A stretch of DNA of 64,000 nt from the human T2T-CHM13v2.0 reference genome, Homo sapiens: assembly GCF_009914755.1 (NCBI RefSeq), contig NC_060933.1; one strand, 5' to 3'. Below the pieces are notes generated by a model that was not told the origin of the DNA, ran no database searches, and saw only the letters and a list, made by a program, of their open reading frames with translations. The translations under genes and the position numbers were made by a program. This document shows positions 48,208 through 63,971 of the stretch, piece by piece. The stretch's first letter is position 1, and each line of letters starts with the position of its first letter.

Positions 48208-48869
48208 AAGAAATGGAAGGAAGGAAGGAAGGAATGGAGGGAAGGCAGGCAGGCGAAGATGACCCAAGGCTTCCAGCTCAAGAGCCTGAAAAAATAATGA
48301 GATTGTGGGAGTCTGCCAAGTTCTTTTTCGAGGGAAGGAGGAGTTTGACCTCAGGGTGCCGGTGGTGCAAGCTGGAGTGCATCTGTGCAGCTGGAAATGC
48401 CCTCTGGGATGTGAGGAAGGCAGGCTTGCCGATGAGGGACTGGGCTGGGACTCCTCCACGATGTCTGGGCTCCCCCAGCAGTGAGCACACAGAAAAAGGC
48501 CAGGAGGTGAAGGCCCGAGCACAGGGGAATGGCAGCAGCTGAGACTCCGAGAAGGTACCAGAAAAGGAGCAGGAATGAGAGTATTTGGAGCACACAGTGC
48601 CAGTGGTTACAGAAAGCAGCCACAGGGTGGGGAAGGGTCGCGAAGAGGCCCCTCGCCCAGCTTTGGTTTAACCCTACCTGCTTTTCATCCCTTGCTAACC
48701 TCATCAGCACCTCACTAACCACTTGCCCCATCTGTGCCAGGCTCCTGCCCGGAATGCCTTCTCCTTGCCTCCTCTCTCCCTAAATCAAAGCCCAGAACAA
48801 GCTCTGCTCCCATCCTTGAATTCTGGATAGCCCTCATGGTGCCGTCTCTGGACTGACACAGGTTTTGTC

Positions 48870-49063
48870 TCGGTGGTTAATTTCTGTCTTTCCCGGTAAA
48901 AGGGAGAGGAAAACACCTTTACAAATTTATATTCTGCTTTTAGCCAAATAGGAGAAGGGAAGAGAGCTTTTCTTGTATCTGCTTCCTCTCCACTGTCTTC
49001 AGCTCAATATAATCCTTATGCCAAAATGGCATAATTGGGTGTGGAATATTTTGCTGCCCTACA
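48870..49063 (-). mobile_element. MER34/MER39-like ERV1 LTR fragment
   Basis: cttcagctcaatataatccttatgccaaa motif. Confidence 0.6.
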
Positions 49064-50692
49064 CAGGGAAGAGTGTGCTCTTGGGCAAGGCAGCTGTCTG
49101 TAGCTGAGGCCACCCAGAAGGAACCAAGAGCTGAGAACTGTCCGCCGACATCACCTCCAGTAGCACGGGCAGCAGGTCCTCTGTGAATGGGGATGTGGGT
49201 GGTGCATCTCCAGCCCACTATACATCCCCTCCATTTGTTATCCAATGCTTTGAATTTTAGGATCTCAGCTCACATGAGTGAAGCTGATATTTTGTCCTGG
49301 CTTCCCAGGGAGTCTCCAGCGGTGACTCCTTTCCTGGGTTGTGTGACCAATAACCCGGTCCAGCTCACCATTCCCTAAAGGGCTTCCATCTTCATCCAGC
49401 AGCCAGCAGGGCTCCTCCAGCAGCTCCTGGCTTATTCCAAGTAAGTACTGGGTGGGAATAATGAAACTGCCCAAGTTTGTCAACAAGTCCCAGGCTGCAA
49501 GTCTGGGGCAGATGGAGTTACTTGCTAAGCAGAGTAGGTATACGAGGGAGAGGGAGGAAACCTTTCTTCTTCCAAGCCCAAGCCCTGGGAGGGCTGAGCT
49601 GAACTAGAAATGACAAGCACTCTGGTCATGTCTGAACATGCACAGATGGAATTTTAAGCACATAAAATGTTGAAGCACTAGTGCCAAAAGCCAGCTTTAG
49701 CAACAGATTTCTGCTGGCCCTCTGAGGGCAACAGGAACAGGTGAGCCAATGTCTCAGCAACGTGATGTCTGTCTACTCTTGTGCCTGGAGGAATGTGGCT
49801 CCTTAGAAAGCACCCGTGGAAATTTCTTCATGTGAGGAAGATGATACAGGGGATGAGAGAAAAGCCTAATGTCCTTTGCAGTTGGTCCCTCTCAGCCCAT
49901 CCAAATCTAAGACAGAGACTCTTATTTCCTTCCCCATGGCCCTCTCTAGGTGTCTAGACCCAGACTCCACTCTCCATCTGGGGAAAATGGAAGCAGAGAC
50001 TCTACACTTGGGTTAAGTCAAATGAGGACTAAAAAGGCTCAGAGTCCAAACATGTGACATTCCTGCTGAACAGATATCAAAATGAGCTGTGAAGTTGTGA
50101 CCGTTATCAAAATGCGGTCCTCACCAGAAGCCAATGGGAAGTGTGATCACATTGTTCCACTACACAGGTGGCTATCAGATGCTTCTTAGCTCCTACATGG
50201 ATGCTGGTGATTGACGATGTTGGCTCGAGGGGGAGGCTGGTGATTTTGAGTTTTGATGGCACTCCTATACGTAGGGTTCACTAGGGCCTCATGCTTTCCC
50301 TACAGACCTTACGAAGTTCTCTCCTTTTCCACTTCTCTGTCCAGGAAGTTTGCTTGTTTGGTTTTTGTGGGGTTTTTTCCCCCTAGTGGAAAGAAGAAGA
50401 GGAAACCCTGGTTCCCATATTATTTGTGTTCTCTCAAATCTACTGTGTTGCCCACGATGCACAAGACTGTTGCCCTCTTTATTTTGTATATCATTCTAAG
50501 AGCCTCTTCTTTGAAAACATGAAAGTTAAGGGGAAAAACATCATTTCCCTCTGGCTCTGGCCTCATCTTTCTGTGCAGTGGTGGTATTGGATGCCCCAGC
50601 TGTTTCTCAAATTAGGCAGCAGTGGGAAGGGGGCACATAGTAATGGGGACTCTGGGGGAAAAGCACATCCATTAACTTGAAAAGAGGATCCT

Positions 50693-50997
50693 GGCTGCAT
50701 GCAGTGGCTCATGCCTGTAATTCCAGAACTTTGGGAGGCCAAGGTAGGAGGATTGCTTGAGCCCAAGAGTTTGAGACCAGCCTGTGGAGCACAGCAAGAC
50801 CCCACCTCTACACTTTTTTTTTTAATTAGTAGGGCATGGTGGTGTGCTCCTGTAGTCCTAGCTACTTGGGAGGCTAAGGCAGTAGTATCGCTTGAGCTCC
50901 GAAGTTCGAGGGGAAGTGAGCTATGATCACACCACTGTACTTCCAGCCTAGACAATAGAACCAGACCCTATGTCTAAAAACAAACAAACAAACAAAA
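50693..50997 (+). mobile_element. AluJ
   Basis: Diverged Alu with (CAAA)n tail. Confidence 0.88.
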
Positions 50998-51029
50998 CCA
51001 TGAAGAGAGAATCCCACCACTTTGAAAAT

Positions 51030-51260
51030 GTCTGAGTCAGTAATTGTCATATACCTCTCTGCATAGTTCCCAAAATAACAGTCATTTTAGACCAATCAGG
51101 ATTTTCTTTGCACAGCCTATCCTAGCCTGAGGAGAGCCTCCAAGAAGGGCCCTACATCCTATCAGTCACCAAGGTGACTCGCCGCCATCTTGAAGGTTCT
51201 CCAACATGGAGTCTTGTGCCCCAGGTGTGAGTGGACAAGGGTCACCCTGCTGACCTTGTT
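51030..51260. promoter_or_regulatory. Candidate cis-regulatory cluster (AP-1, CCAAT, YY1, nuclear-receptor half-sites)
   Basis: tgagtca ~51033, ccaatca ~51092, gccgccatcttg 51181-51192, tgaccttg 51251-51258. Confidence 0.35.
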
Positions 51261-52837
51261 GCCACAGCAGAAAGGAGTGGCTCCAGGAAGGAGCTGACCC
51301 AGGGAAATTTGGACCCAGTCACAGACCGTGCAGGGGGGGCCACAAATATGCTCTCTTTCTCCCCTCAGCTGAACACCATTGAATCTCTTCTCTTTAGCAT
51401 TAAAGAATAATAATAAATAAAAGCAAAACAATTCTTCAGTGGAAGATGCACAGCCTAAACTAAATTAAAATTGCACCTCTGTCCCCAGCTTTACCTTGGT
51501 GCATTTACTTTAACTCTCTAAATCTTTGTGTTCTGCAAAACAGAGCTGCTAATCCCAGCTACACAGAGTCAATTCCAACAGTGAATGCAGTGCTGGCTCT
51601 TTTCCCCCACGCATATGGGAAAGGACACATGGGTTGTTCTGTCAGAGCGTGACTCTTAAATTAACCACTCACCAACTGCTGCCCCACTTTACAACCAAAC
51701 AATGCCATCCACCCACACTGTCAACCTTCTGAGGGCAAACTGAAACCATAGCAAAGCTCACAAACCAAGAAATAGCTCCTGATTCCTTTTCCAAAGTCAA
51801 AAAAAAAAAAAAATTGCAGGCTTGCTTCCCCCTCCTGCATGTCCCCAGACGGTGCACAATGTACCGGCTCTCAGTTGCCTTGCCTCCCACTTCTCTGCTC
51901 CTCCAGCACAGCTCCTGCCTCTTCCTGGCTCTTTGTTTGAGAGGTTTCCCGTTTTCTCTACATTGTAGCATGCAGTGCATTGGGAGCAAAGAATGTGCCC
52001 TTTTGTGCCATGCTAAGTACCTAGAACATTGTAAAGAACTTCTTAAATTATAAAACCCAGAGTGGTCCAGGAAAATGTGTAAGAAATTCTGGTTCCATGA
52101 GCAGATTTATGCGTTTACCTTTCTCTGAGCTTGTCTCTTATTCTGGTGTACTTTTAAAAGGAAGACACATTGGGGCTCCAAGGGACACACAAGCAAGTGT
52201 ATATAGGTATACACTTGTACATCTGTTGGCAGAGGAAAGCCATCTCTCAATATCCATCACCAGGTGATTTCACTAAGTCTCCTGATAAATAATCACAGGA
52301 ACAGTTGTATCATTTCCCACTTACTATCACCAGAGTACCTTGAGGTATTTGAGTAATTGACCTCTGTAAGGGCAGGTATAGCATCTCATTCCTCTTTGCA
52401 TCCCATTTTCATTGCACTGTGCCTGGCACACAGTAAGCACACAAAACACTATGGTTGAATTGAATGAGCCATAATATAACTTGCCATAGTGCACTGTACT
52501 TAGAATGTTCACATATGGATTGAGTGGCTAAGCACAGTTGGTAGAAATACTGTTATTGCTCTCCAGCTGGGAGCAGCTTTAAGTGGCCCAACTTGAGAAG
52601 TGATTTTGTGCCTTCACTTTTGAAAGTAGAGGGAATGTCTCCGAGAAGGAGAAAAAAGAAAAGAGAAATAGCAGATGATAATAAATACAGGAGAGCCACA
52701 TACCCACAGAGGGGACATTGTCTACAGAGTTTGAGGGACAAATCGAATATCCTTGCCTGAGACTTCTGTGAAATACCAAAATTGTTCCATCCCTGGAGAA
52801 AGGAGCCTGAATATTTTATATGTCAAAGATATTGTAC

Positions 52838-53000
52838 CAGGCTGGTGTGCATCTATAGTCCCAGCTACCCAGGAGGTTGAGGTGGGAGGGTCACTTGAGT
52901 CCAGGAGATCAAGGCCGTGGTGCACTATGATCTTGCTTGTAAATAGTCACTGCAGTCCAGCCTGAACAACATAGCAAGATCTCATCTCTACAAAAAGAAA
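52838..53000 (+). mobile_element. FAM (fossil Alu monomer)
   Basis: Monomer with the FAM-specific gtaaatagtcactgc segment. Confidence 0.75.
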
Positions 53001-53081
53001 AGATATGCTGAACCAGGCAGTCCAACTCCAAGGTTCAATGATTTTGATTCCCCAGGATGATTTCCTAGTGTTCAGTGTTAG

Positions 53082-53452
53082 TGTATTAGTTTGCTGAGGC
53101 TGCCATAACAAAGTACCACAAACTAGGCGACTTAAACAACAGAAATTTATTTCTTCACAATCTGGAGGCTAGCTTTCTGAGATCAAGGTGTTGGCAGGTT
53201 AGTTTCATCTGGGGTTTCTCTCCTTGGCTTGCAGATGGCCATCTTCTTCATGTATCTTCCCATGATCTCTTTGTGTGTGTTTATGTTCACGTTTCTTTTT
53301 CTTACAGGAACAACAGTCATATTGGATTAGGGCCCACCCAATATGACCTGTAATTATCTATTTAAAGATTCTATCTCCAAATACAGTCATATTCTGAGGT
53401 ACTGGGGTAAGGATGTAAATATATAAAACTGGGAGGGATACAATTCAGCCAG
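53082..53452 (-). mobile_element. MaLR solo LTR (MLT1A/B/C-like)
   Basis: tgtattagtttgctgaggctgccataacaaagtaccaca. Confidence 0.85.
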
Positions 53453-53639
53453 TTAGTGCTCCATAACTAATTACTGAACTACTACTGTGTGTATGCCTAC
53501 AAAATCCTAGCAACCAACCTGTGTCAAAAGCAAGCCTTTGGCTACCACCAAGAATCCTAATTTTAATAAAGTGACAACTTGGTGAAGACATTGCAATGAT
53601 ATAAATAATAATCCATTCATTTAATAACAGAATATTACT

Positions 53640-54100
53640 CAGATGTACTGACAGTGGAGATCAAATTTCTACCACCTAGAAAATGAATATACTGATTAGA
53701 TGTATAGACAGTAATGACTCTATTTTCAGTACTAAGGAGAACACTGATAGTCTACGATGTGATCTGTCAATAGAGATACACTAAATACCTCTATTGAATA
53801 CTCCTAATCGACCACTTATAAAAAACAAGGAGCTGGGTAACTGTGTATGTAATACTTCTGAACATTTTTGCATATCTTATTAATATAATGAGTTGGCTGT
53901 TTGCTCCTAATGTTGCTGGACAAAGTGGCGAAAGAGAATGATGCATCTTAGAAATTCAAATTGCTAGCTCAAGAGCCACATAAATGACCTGAAAGCTTCT
54001 TTTGTGTCCTGAAAAATACCCTTAACCTCTGCAGCTGCAGAGCTGAGATTGCTGAAAACCCAGTGCAGAATCTCATCCTGAAATTGGCTGAATTATGCAT
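53640..54100 (+). mobile_element. ERVL internal (gag-region) fragment
   Basis: ttgctcctaatgttgctggacaaagtggcgaaagag resembles ERVL-int. Confidence 0.6.
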
Positions 54101-55101
54101 GTTAACATGCATTAACAGAATGTTGGTAAAATTTGGATGTTACTATGGCTTAAATGTATATGTCCTTCCAAAATTCATATGTTGGAACTTAAGCTGCAAG
54201 TTGATGATATTAATAGGTGGGGGTCTTTGCAGATAACATGAACCTATACGTAAAACACCCAGAAGAATTCACCAAAGAAAAAAAAAAAAATCTGTTAGAA
54301 CAGAAGGTACAGTCCCTGTGGACTGGGGAAAATGTATTGGCAAATCATATATCTGATAAGAAGTTAATATCCAAAATTAAATGAATAAATGAATTTAGCA
54401 AAGTCACAAGATATAATATCAATATACAAAGATTAGCAACATTTCTTACAACCTAGCTGAAAAAGAAATCAAGAAAATAATTTCATTTATGATAGCATTA
54501 AAAAATACTTAGGAATAAGTTTAACCAAGGAAGTGAGATGTTTATATGCTGAAAACTATAAAACATTGATGAAAGAAACAGAAGATGGCACAAGTAAATT
54601 GGAAGATATTTCATGCTCATGGATTGAAAGAATTAATATTGTTAACATGTCCATACTACCCAGAACAACATACATATTCAACACAATCCCTATCAAAATC
54701 CCAATGGCATTCTTCACAGAAACAGAAAAACAATCCTATAATTCATATGGAAACACAAAATACCCTGAATAGTCAAAACAATTCTGAAAAAGAAAAAACA
54801 AAATTGTGGACATTATACTTCCTGATTTAAGATCATATTACAAAACTATTGTGATCAAAACAGTATGATGCTGACATAAAAGCAGTCCCATAGAACAGAG
54901 AAAGTGTATAGAGAGCCTCAAGAAATGAATCCAAACATATAGTCAACTAATTTTTGACAAGGGTACCAAAAGAACACAATGGGGAAAGGACAATCCCTTC
55001 AATAAAAAATGCTGGGAAAACTGGATTTCCAAATGCAAAGGAATAAAATTGGACTGTCATCTTACACCGTACACAAAAATCAATTCAAAGTGGATAAAAG
55101 T

Positions 55102-55409
<308 letters not shown>

Positions 55410-55804
55410 CTAAATGTAAGATCTGAAGCTACTAAATGCCTAGAAGAAAATATAGAGAAAAATCTGAATATTGGCCTTGGTGATTAATTTTCAAATATCA
55501 CACCAAAAGCTCAGGCTACAAAAGCAAAAATAAATAAATAGGACTACATCAAACTAAAAAGTTTATGCACGGTAAACAATCAACAAAATACAATGGCAGC
55601 CTGTTGACTGGGAAAAATGTATTTGCAAACCATGTATGTGGTACAGAGTTAATATTCAAAATGTACAAGGAACTCACACAACTCAACAGTAGAAAAACAA
55701 ATAACCTAATTTTAATATGGGCAAAAGACCTGAATAGACACTTCTCCAAAGGAGACATAAAAATTGCCAACAGGTATAATAATATTCTATATAGTAGAGT
55801 ATTA

Positions 55805-56445
<641 letters not shown>

Positions 56446-56593
56446 AAATTTAAAAGCAGGAGATTGTGTCATTTACCACAACATGGATGAAACTGAAGGT
56501 CAGTATGCTAAGTGAAATAAGCCAGACACAGAAAGAAAAATATGCATTATCTCCTCACTTACATGTGGAATCTAAAAGAAAAAGGAAAAAGAG

Positions 56594-56895
56594 GACTGGA
56601 TGTGGTGACTCACTCCTGTAATCTCAGTACTTTGGAAGGCAGAGGCAGGCAGATCACTTGAGCCCAGGAGTTTGAGACCAGCCTTGGCAACATGGCAAAA
56701 CCTCATCTCTACAAAAAAAAAAATACAAAAATTAGTTGGGCATGCAGGGGGTGGGCCTGTAATCCAAGGTGCTCAAGAGACTGGGGTGGGAGAGTTGATT
56801 GAGCCCAGGAGGTCAAGGCTGCAGTGAGCCATAATCACACCATTGCACTCTAGCCTAGGCAACAGAGTGAGATCCTGTCTCAAAAAAAAAAAAAA
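56594..56895 (+). mobile_element. AluJ
   Basis: Diverged Alu. Confidence 0.88.
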
Positions 56896-59800
56896 GTCAT
56901 ATGTGAATACAGAGATAGAGCATTAAACTGTGATTACTGGAGTTGAGGGAAGAGCAAATGGGGAGATGTAGGTCAGAGGACACAAAGTAGCAGACGTGTA
57001 GGATGAACAAAACTAGAAGACTAATGTACAACATGATTTCTAGAGGTAATCAAATTGTACTGTATTTGGGATTCCTGCCAAATTAGTAGATTCTAGCTGC
57101 TCTTGCCACAGAAAAGGAAAAAAATGGATAACTATGTGAGAATATGAATATGTTAATTGGCTCCACTATAAAACCATTTTACAATCTGTATGTATCCCAT
57201 AACATCATGTTGTATACCTTAAATATGCACAGTAAAATTTATTTTAAAAACAAAACAAGAAGTCATAAATAGAATAGTGCTCTGATAAAGGAGATTGAAG
57301 GAAGTGCCCTACTGCCCTTTGCTCTTCTGCCTTCCACCATGGGAAGACACAGCATGTCTTCTACCATGTGAAGGCATCGGAACAGGGCACCGTCTTGGGA
57401 GGAGAGATAGCAGCCTCGCCAGACACCAAATCTGCCAGTACCTTGATCTTGGACTTCCCACTCTCCAAAACGGTGAGAAACGAATTGCTGTAGTTTATAA
57501 ATTATCCAGGGTAAGGCATTTTGTTGTAGCAGCAGAAATGGATTTAGACAGATGCTAGAAACCATTCTGGTAAGGTCTCAGACATAAATGAGCAGCAACA
57601 TGTTATTGGAAACTAGAGGAAGCATGATCCTTGTTACAAAGTGGCAAAGAACTTGGATGAATTGTGTTTGTGTTCTAGTGTTTCATGGAAGGTAGAACTT
57701 GTGAGCAATGAAATTGAATATTTAAATGTATTTTAAAAGGAACTGTTAAGATACAGAATACCAGAAAGATTGGGAAGAGTCCATGTTGCAAAATATGAGA
57801 AAGCATGTTCAGAAGAGAACATCAGTGGCATGGCTAGACTTGATAAGGATATTATTGGATTAAACAAGCAGAAACACTGCCAGTTTGGATTGAAGGGGAC
57901 AGGGACAAGATGAAATGAAGAAAGGCTGTCAGCCTTCTTAGATCTTATAGGACTGCACCGTAGACCTATTTGGTTGTGAACATGCACTATTCTTCAAGAC
58001 AAAGAAGAATGACCTTGAAAGTGATTCAGAAGTCATTAGGGTGGCCTCCTCAGATTCAGGGGGAGAAGGAGGGCAGGTGGGGCATCGCCTCACTTTCAAC
58101 AAGACAGACAGCAGTCTCCCAGAGCTTTGGAGACGGCACCACGATCCTTGGCCAGCAGAGTAGAAGAGGTAGAACAACTACCCCAGTGGACCTGAAGTGC
58201 AGAGCATAAAACCAAAAGAGATTATCTTTAAACCTTAGGAAGAAATGGAATTTGAATTGTTTGGACCTCATCACTCCTTCTTTCTCGTCTATTTCTCCCT
58301 TTGGGCATGGGAATTTCTATCCTATGCCTACCACATCATTGTATTTTGGGCGCACATAACTTACCTGATTTCACAGGTTTATGGCTAGAGAATTTTTCTT
58401 AGAATGAATTGTACCTCGAGCCTGACCCACATCTGATTTAGAAGAGACTCTGGATGTTTAGATTTAATGTTGTATTGAGTTAAGATGACGTTTGAAGCTG
58501 TTGGGATGGAATAAATCTATTTTGCATACAAGGGCCTAAATTTGGGGGTGGAGGCTAGGGATGGAATGTATGGACTAAATGTTTATGTCCCCCAAAAATT
58601 CATATTTTGAAGACAACCCACTGTGTGATAGTATTGGGAGGTAGGAACTTCAGGACATAATTAGGTTTAGATTAAGTCATGAGGGTGGGGACCCTGTGAT
58701 GGGATTACTGTCCCTATAAGAAGAAGAGAGACCAGAACTCTCCCTACCATGTGAGGACACAGTAAGAAGGCAGTCACCCTCAAGGCGGAAAGAGAGCCCT
58801 CCTCGGGGAACCAAATCACCCAGCACCTTGATCAGTAATTCCTAGCCTCCAGAACCATGAGAAATAATTCCTGTTGTTAAGCCACCCAGTCTATGATATT
58901 ATATAAAGGCAGCCTGAGCTGAATAATGCAATGTATAAACAGTGAGATCAGACAGTCTTTGCCAACAATCAGCATATTCATAAACCATTTAAGCAATTTT
59001 CTTCCCATCTTATTGTTTTCTTTATTTAACAATTTGCTTGTATTTCCTTGAGGGACTGTGTGATTGCTGGCCCCAAGGCCAGCACTATATTGCACTATAA
59101 CTCATGCATTGATCGTGAGATTCAAATTAGCTTAAGTTTAAGAGGTGAAGTCATTTACATTCTCAGAATAGTGTTTTTTTTTTTCCAATTTGGTTAAGCC
59201 TTAAGGGTACTTTTTGTTTTATGGAATTAAAAAAAAAATCTGTCTTTATAAGAAAGCCCAATGCAATATAAAGCCTAACGGGAGCCCCAGGGCATCTGTT
59301 ACTATTGAAAATCTATTTTAATAAATTTACAGTATTGGCTTAATTATTTATAAATTAAGAAATACTAAAAGGAAAATATGTTTTTGGCTCTATGTTTTTT
59401 TTTTTTAATGTTGGAAATGAAATAGGTCAATCAAATGCTGTTTCAAAGTACACGCCGATCCTTGCTGTTATCACAAAGCTTTTGAGATAGTAAGTGCATT
59501 TTTGTGATTTCTTCAGGGCAAAAATTTCAGTGTGATAGATCACACTGTTTTCCCTAAAGTACATGACAAGGAAAAGAGACAAAAATCTGTCTCTCAAGAA
59601 GTTTACAAAAAGGAAGTCCAAAATAACTGTAACAAGCATCGTTTCTCCTGCTTTCAGCTTCTGTGATCATAAGCATTTTAATCATCTCTGAGTCTTCACA
59701 GGAAAGGCCACCAGTGCTAAGTAAGCAAGACATCTATCACATTGTGTTTCAAGTTTCAGAATCCTTGTTTAACAATGCCTGAAGGCTGTCAGCTTTCCTG

Positions 59801-60246
59801 ACAAACCATCAGAATGATGAACAACTCAGGCTTGGCAGGAAAGCCTTCATTGCAGGGAGCAGAGGAATTTGTTGAGGAAGGAGCAAGGAAAGCAAAGCCA
59901 CCTGTCTCTCAGAAGCAAGTTATCAAAGCGTAGGAGACAATGATGGAAGTACCTAGGTCAGTCTCACAATCACTAAAATCTATTAATTTATTCAAAAATT
60001 ATAATTGAAGCCTATCAACACCAGGCACTGTTAAGGGCTCTGGAAATACTATAGTAGATGGGAGTAAGACATGATAAATAGTGGTAATTTCCATTCACAT
60101 AAACCATGTTATTTTAGTTTCTATGTGAATTATAAAAATTAAGAAAAATATCCAGATCCAACACTCAATCTGCAATGATTATATTTATATTCATCACTTC
60201 AAAAAATATTCTGTCAACTTTATTATGACTTTGGGGTATTTTTTAA

Positions 60247-60557
<311 letters not shown>

Positions 60558-62044
60558 AAAAAACTCATTTTTAAAAATCCAGATGCTTCTAAAGTAAGTG
60601 TTTTTAAAAGTTACTGTAATCTTTTCTATGCATTTTCTTAGGAAAAGAACAATTTCATTTTTATCATTGATTGTATTAGTGACCACATAACCATGACTAC
60701 TTGGCCAATGGCAGTTCACATTTTTGGTTTCTTGATAATTTTCAAAAGATTTAACCAATTTTGATGACATTTATTACACCATCAAATCATGTCAAGATTT
60801 GTATTATTCTTTCTTCCTATTAAAACAAATTATCTAGCAGATGGCAACATTTTAGAATGGACAAATCTTGTACACACAGTACCTTCACCCATATGTTTTG
60901 AAAGTGTAATTATTTTTGATGAGTATTTTTCAACAGATTCTAATATTTGGTTGTTTTAGCTACTTGTAATGGCTATAAGAAATTTTTAATATTTAAGGTT
61001 TCACAGATCAAAGTCTCTGGTTCATAGAAAAGTCAGTTCTTTCCTTTAATCCAGAGCCTATATCATAGCCTTTTGCTTAAAACAGTTTGAGATATAATTG
61101 GCAAAAACAAAAAAAAAATAAACCTGAGCATGTTTATAGTGTAAAACCTGATAAGTCTGACATATGTGTACATCAGTGAAACCCTTACCACAGTCAAATA
61201 ATAAGCTCATTCATCTAAAAAAATCTTTGTATCCCTTGATAACCCCTCCCTCCTGCACCTCTCCAATTTTCCCTTCTCCCATCCCCATTTCCAGGCAACC
61301 ACTGATCTGCTTTCTGTAATTATGAATTAGATAGCATTTTCTAGAATTCTATATAAATGAAATCACAGAGTAGGTACTCTATATTCGGCTAGCTTATTTC
61401 ATGTAACAGTTGTGTATATCAATAGCTTACTCCTTTTTCACTAGTATAATTAGATTCTATTGTGTGGCTCCATCAGTTTGTTTATCCACTCATATATTGA
61501 TGGATACTTTAGTTGTTTCCAGTTTGGAGCTATTACAAATAAAACTACTATGAACATTTGTGTGCAAGTGTTTGTATAGACATATGATTTTATTTATCTT
61601 GAGTAAATAAGAACTCAACAGTTGAATCATACAATATGTATATTTTTAACTTTTGAAAAAATTGCCAAAATGTTTTCCAAAATGGCCGTATCATTGTACA
61701 CTTCCAACAGAAGTGTATGAGAGTTCCAGCTATTTCACATCCTCATCAATAATTAGTGTGGTCAATTTTAAACCATTTCAATAGGTGCATGTGATAATCC
61801 ATTGTGCTGATTTACAATTCTCTAATGACTAATGATGCTGAGCATCATTTTGTGTGTTTAAATAAATCCATAAATCTTCCTTAAGTACATGTTTAAATAT
61901 TTTGATCATTTGTATTAATTTTTTGTTTTCTTCTTATTGAGTCTCAAGTTTTTATATATAATGGATATGATTACTTAGTCAAATACATAATATGCACACA
62001 TTTTTCTCTCTGTCTATGACCTATCTTTCATTTAAGAGATTTTC

Positions 62045-62386
<342 letters not shown>

Positions 62387-62833
62387 CTAATCCGTAAGTT
62401 TTTTCTTTTACAAATCATGCTATTGATATTTTTTGTAAGAAAGCTTTGCCTTAATTAAGATAACACAGATATTCTCTTATGTTTTCTTCTGGAAGTTTTA
62501 TAGTTTGGGGTTTTACATTTAGCTTTATGATTCCCTTTTAGTTAATTTTTGAATATGTGAATTAACCAGATGAGTGATGGGCTCTTTCTGAGCTTTTTAT
62601 TCTGTTTTATTAATTTACTTGTCCATGTTAACAACAAGAACACACTGTCTTGATTACTGTATCTAGGGAAGAAGCCAGAAGTCAAATAGTGAAAGTTTTC
62701 TAATTTTGTTTTTCCCTTACAAGTTTGTTTTAGACATTCTAGATCATTTGCATTTCTATATGCATTTTAGAATCAGCTTGTCAACTTCTAGAAAACAGTC
62801 TGATGGAATTTTGTGTACAAATGCATTGAAACT

Positions 62834-63158
<325 letters not shown>

Positions 63159-63971
63159 GAAATGCATTGAAACTACAGATCAATTCAAGGAGAGCTGACA
63201 TCTTAACAATAAGATGAGTCTTACAATCCATGAACATGGTATATCTATTTATTTGAGCATTCTTTAATTTTTTTTTTCAGTAATGTTTTGTAGTTTTCAG
63301 GTCTGGTGTATCTTTTGTAAGATTTACTCTTAAGTACCTTTTTATACTATGTAAATTGTGCTGTTTCTTTACTTACAATGAATGGGGTTTTTTGTTGCTA
63401 GTATTAATACATAGAAATAAAATTGACTTTTTATATTGATTTCTATATTGATTTTGAATAGCACATTATTATTAAGGTAAGAGTAGCAGTTCTAGCAGCA
63501 TTTTGGAGATTTGGTAGAATTTTCTATATAGAAAATCATATTGTTAGCTAATACTAACAGTTTTACTTCTTCATTTCCAATTTTGCTACCATGCGTTTCA
63601 TTCCTTTTTCCTTTTTTTTTTTTTTTTTTTTTGCCTTTTGCGAAGGCTTGACATTTTGAAAAAATTTTGAATAAAAGTAGTAAGACAGACATTTTTTACT
63701 TGCTTCTGATATTGGGGAGAAATATCAGTCTCTAAGTATTAAGTATGATGTTAGACATAGGTTTTTTATTAATCCCTTTACTAGGTTGAAAAAATTTGTT
63801 TCTATTTTGATTTTTGATTTTTGTCAAATGCCTTTTTGACATTTATTTAAATGATCATACAGTTTTCCTTTCTTAATCTATCAACATGGAAGATTACATC
63901 TACTGTTTTTTGAATATTAAACCAGCCTTGTTGTACTCATGGATTAAGAAATATTTGATCACGTCTTTTCA

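Noticed and set aside
47760-48542. 112-221 aa ORFs (RKKE / FLPS repeats)
   Set aside because: Generated by the (GAAA)n(GGAA)n repeat
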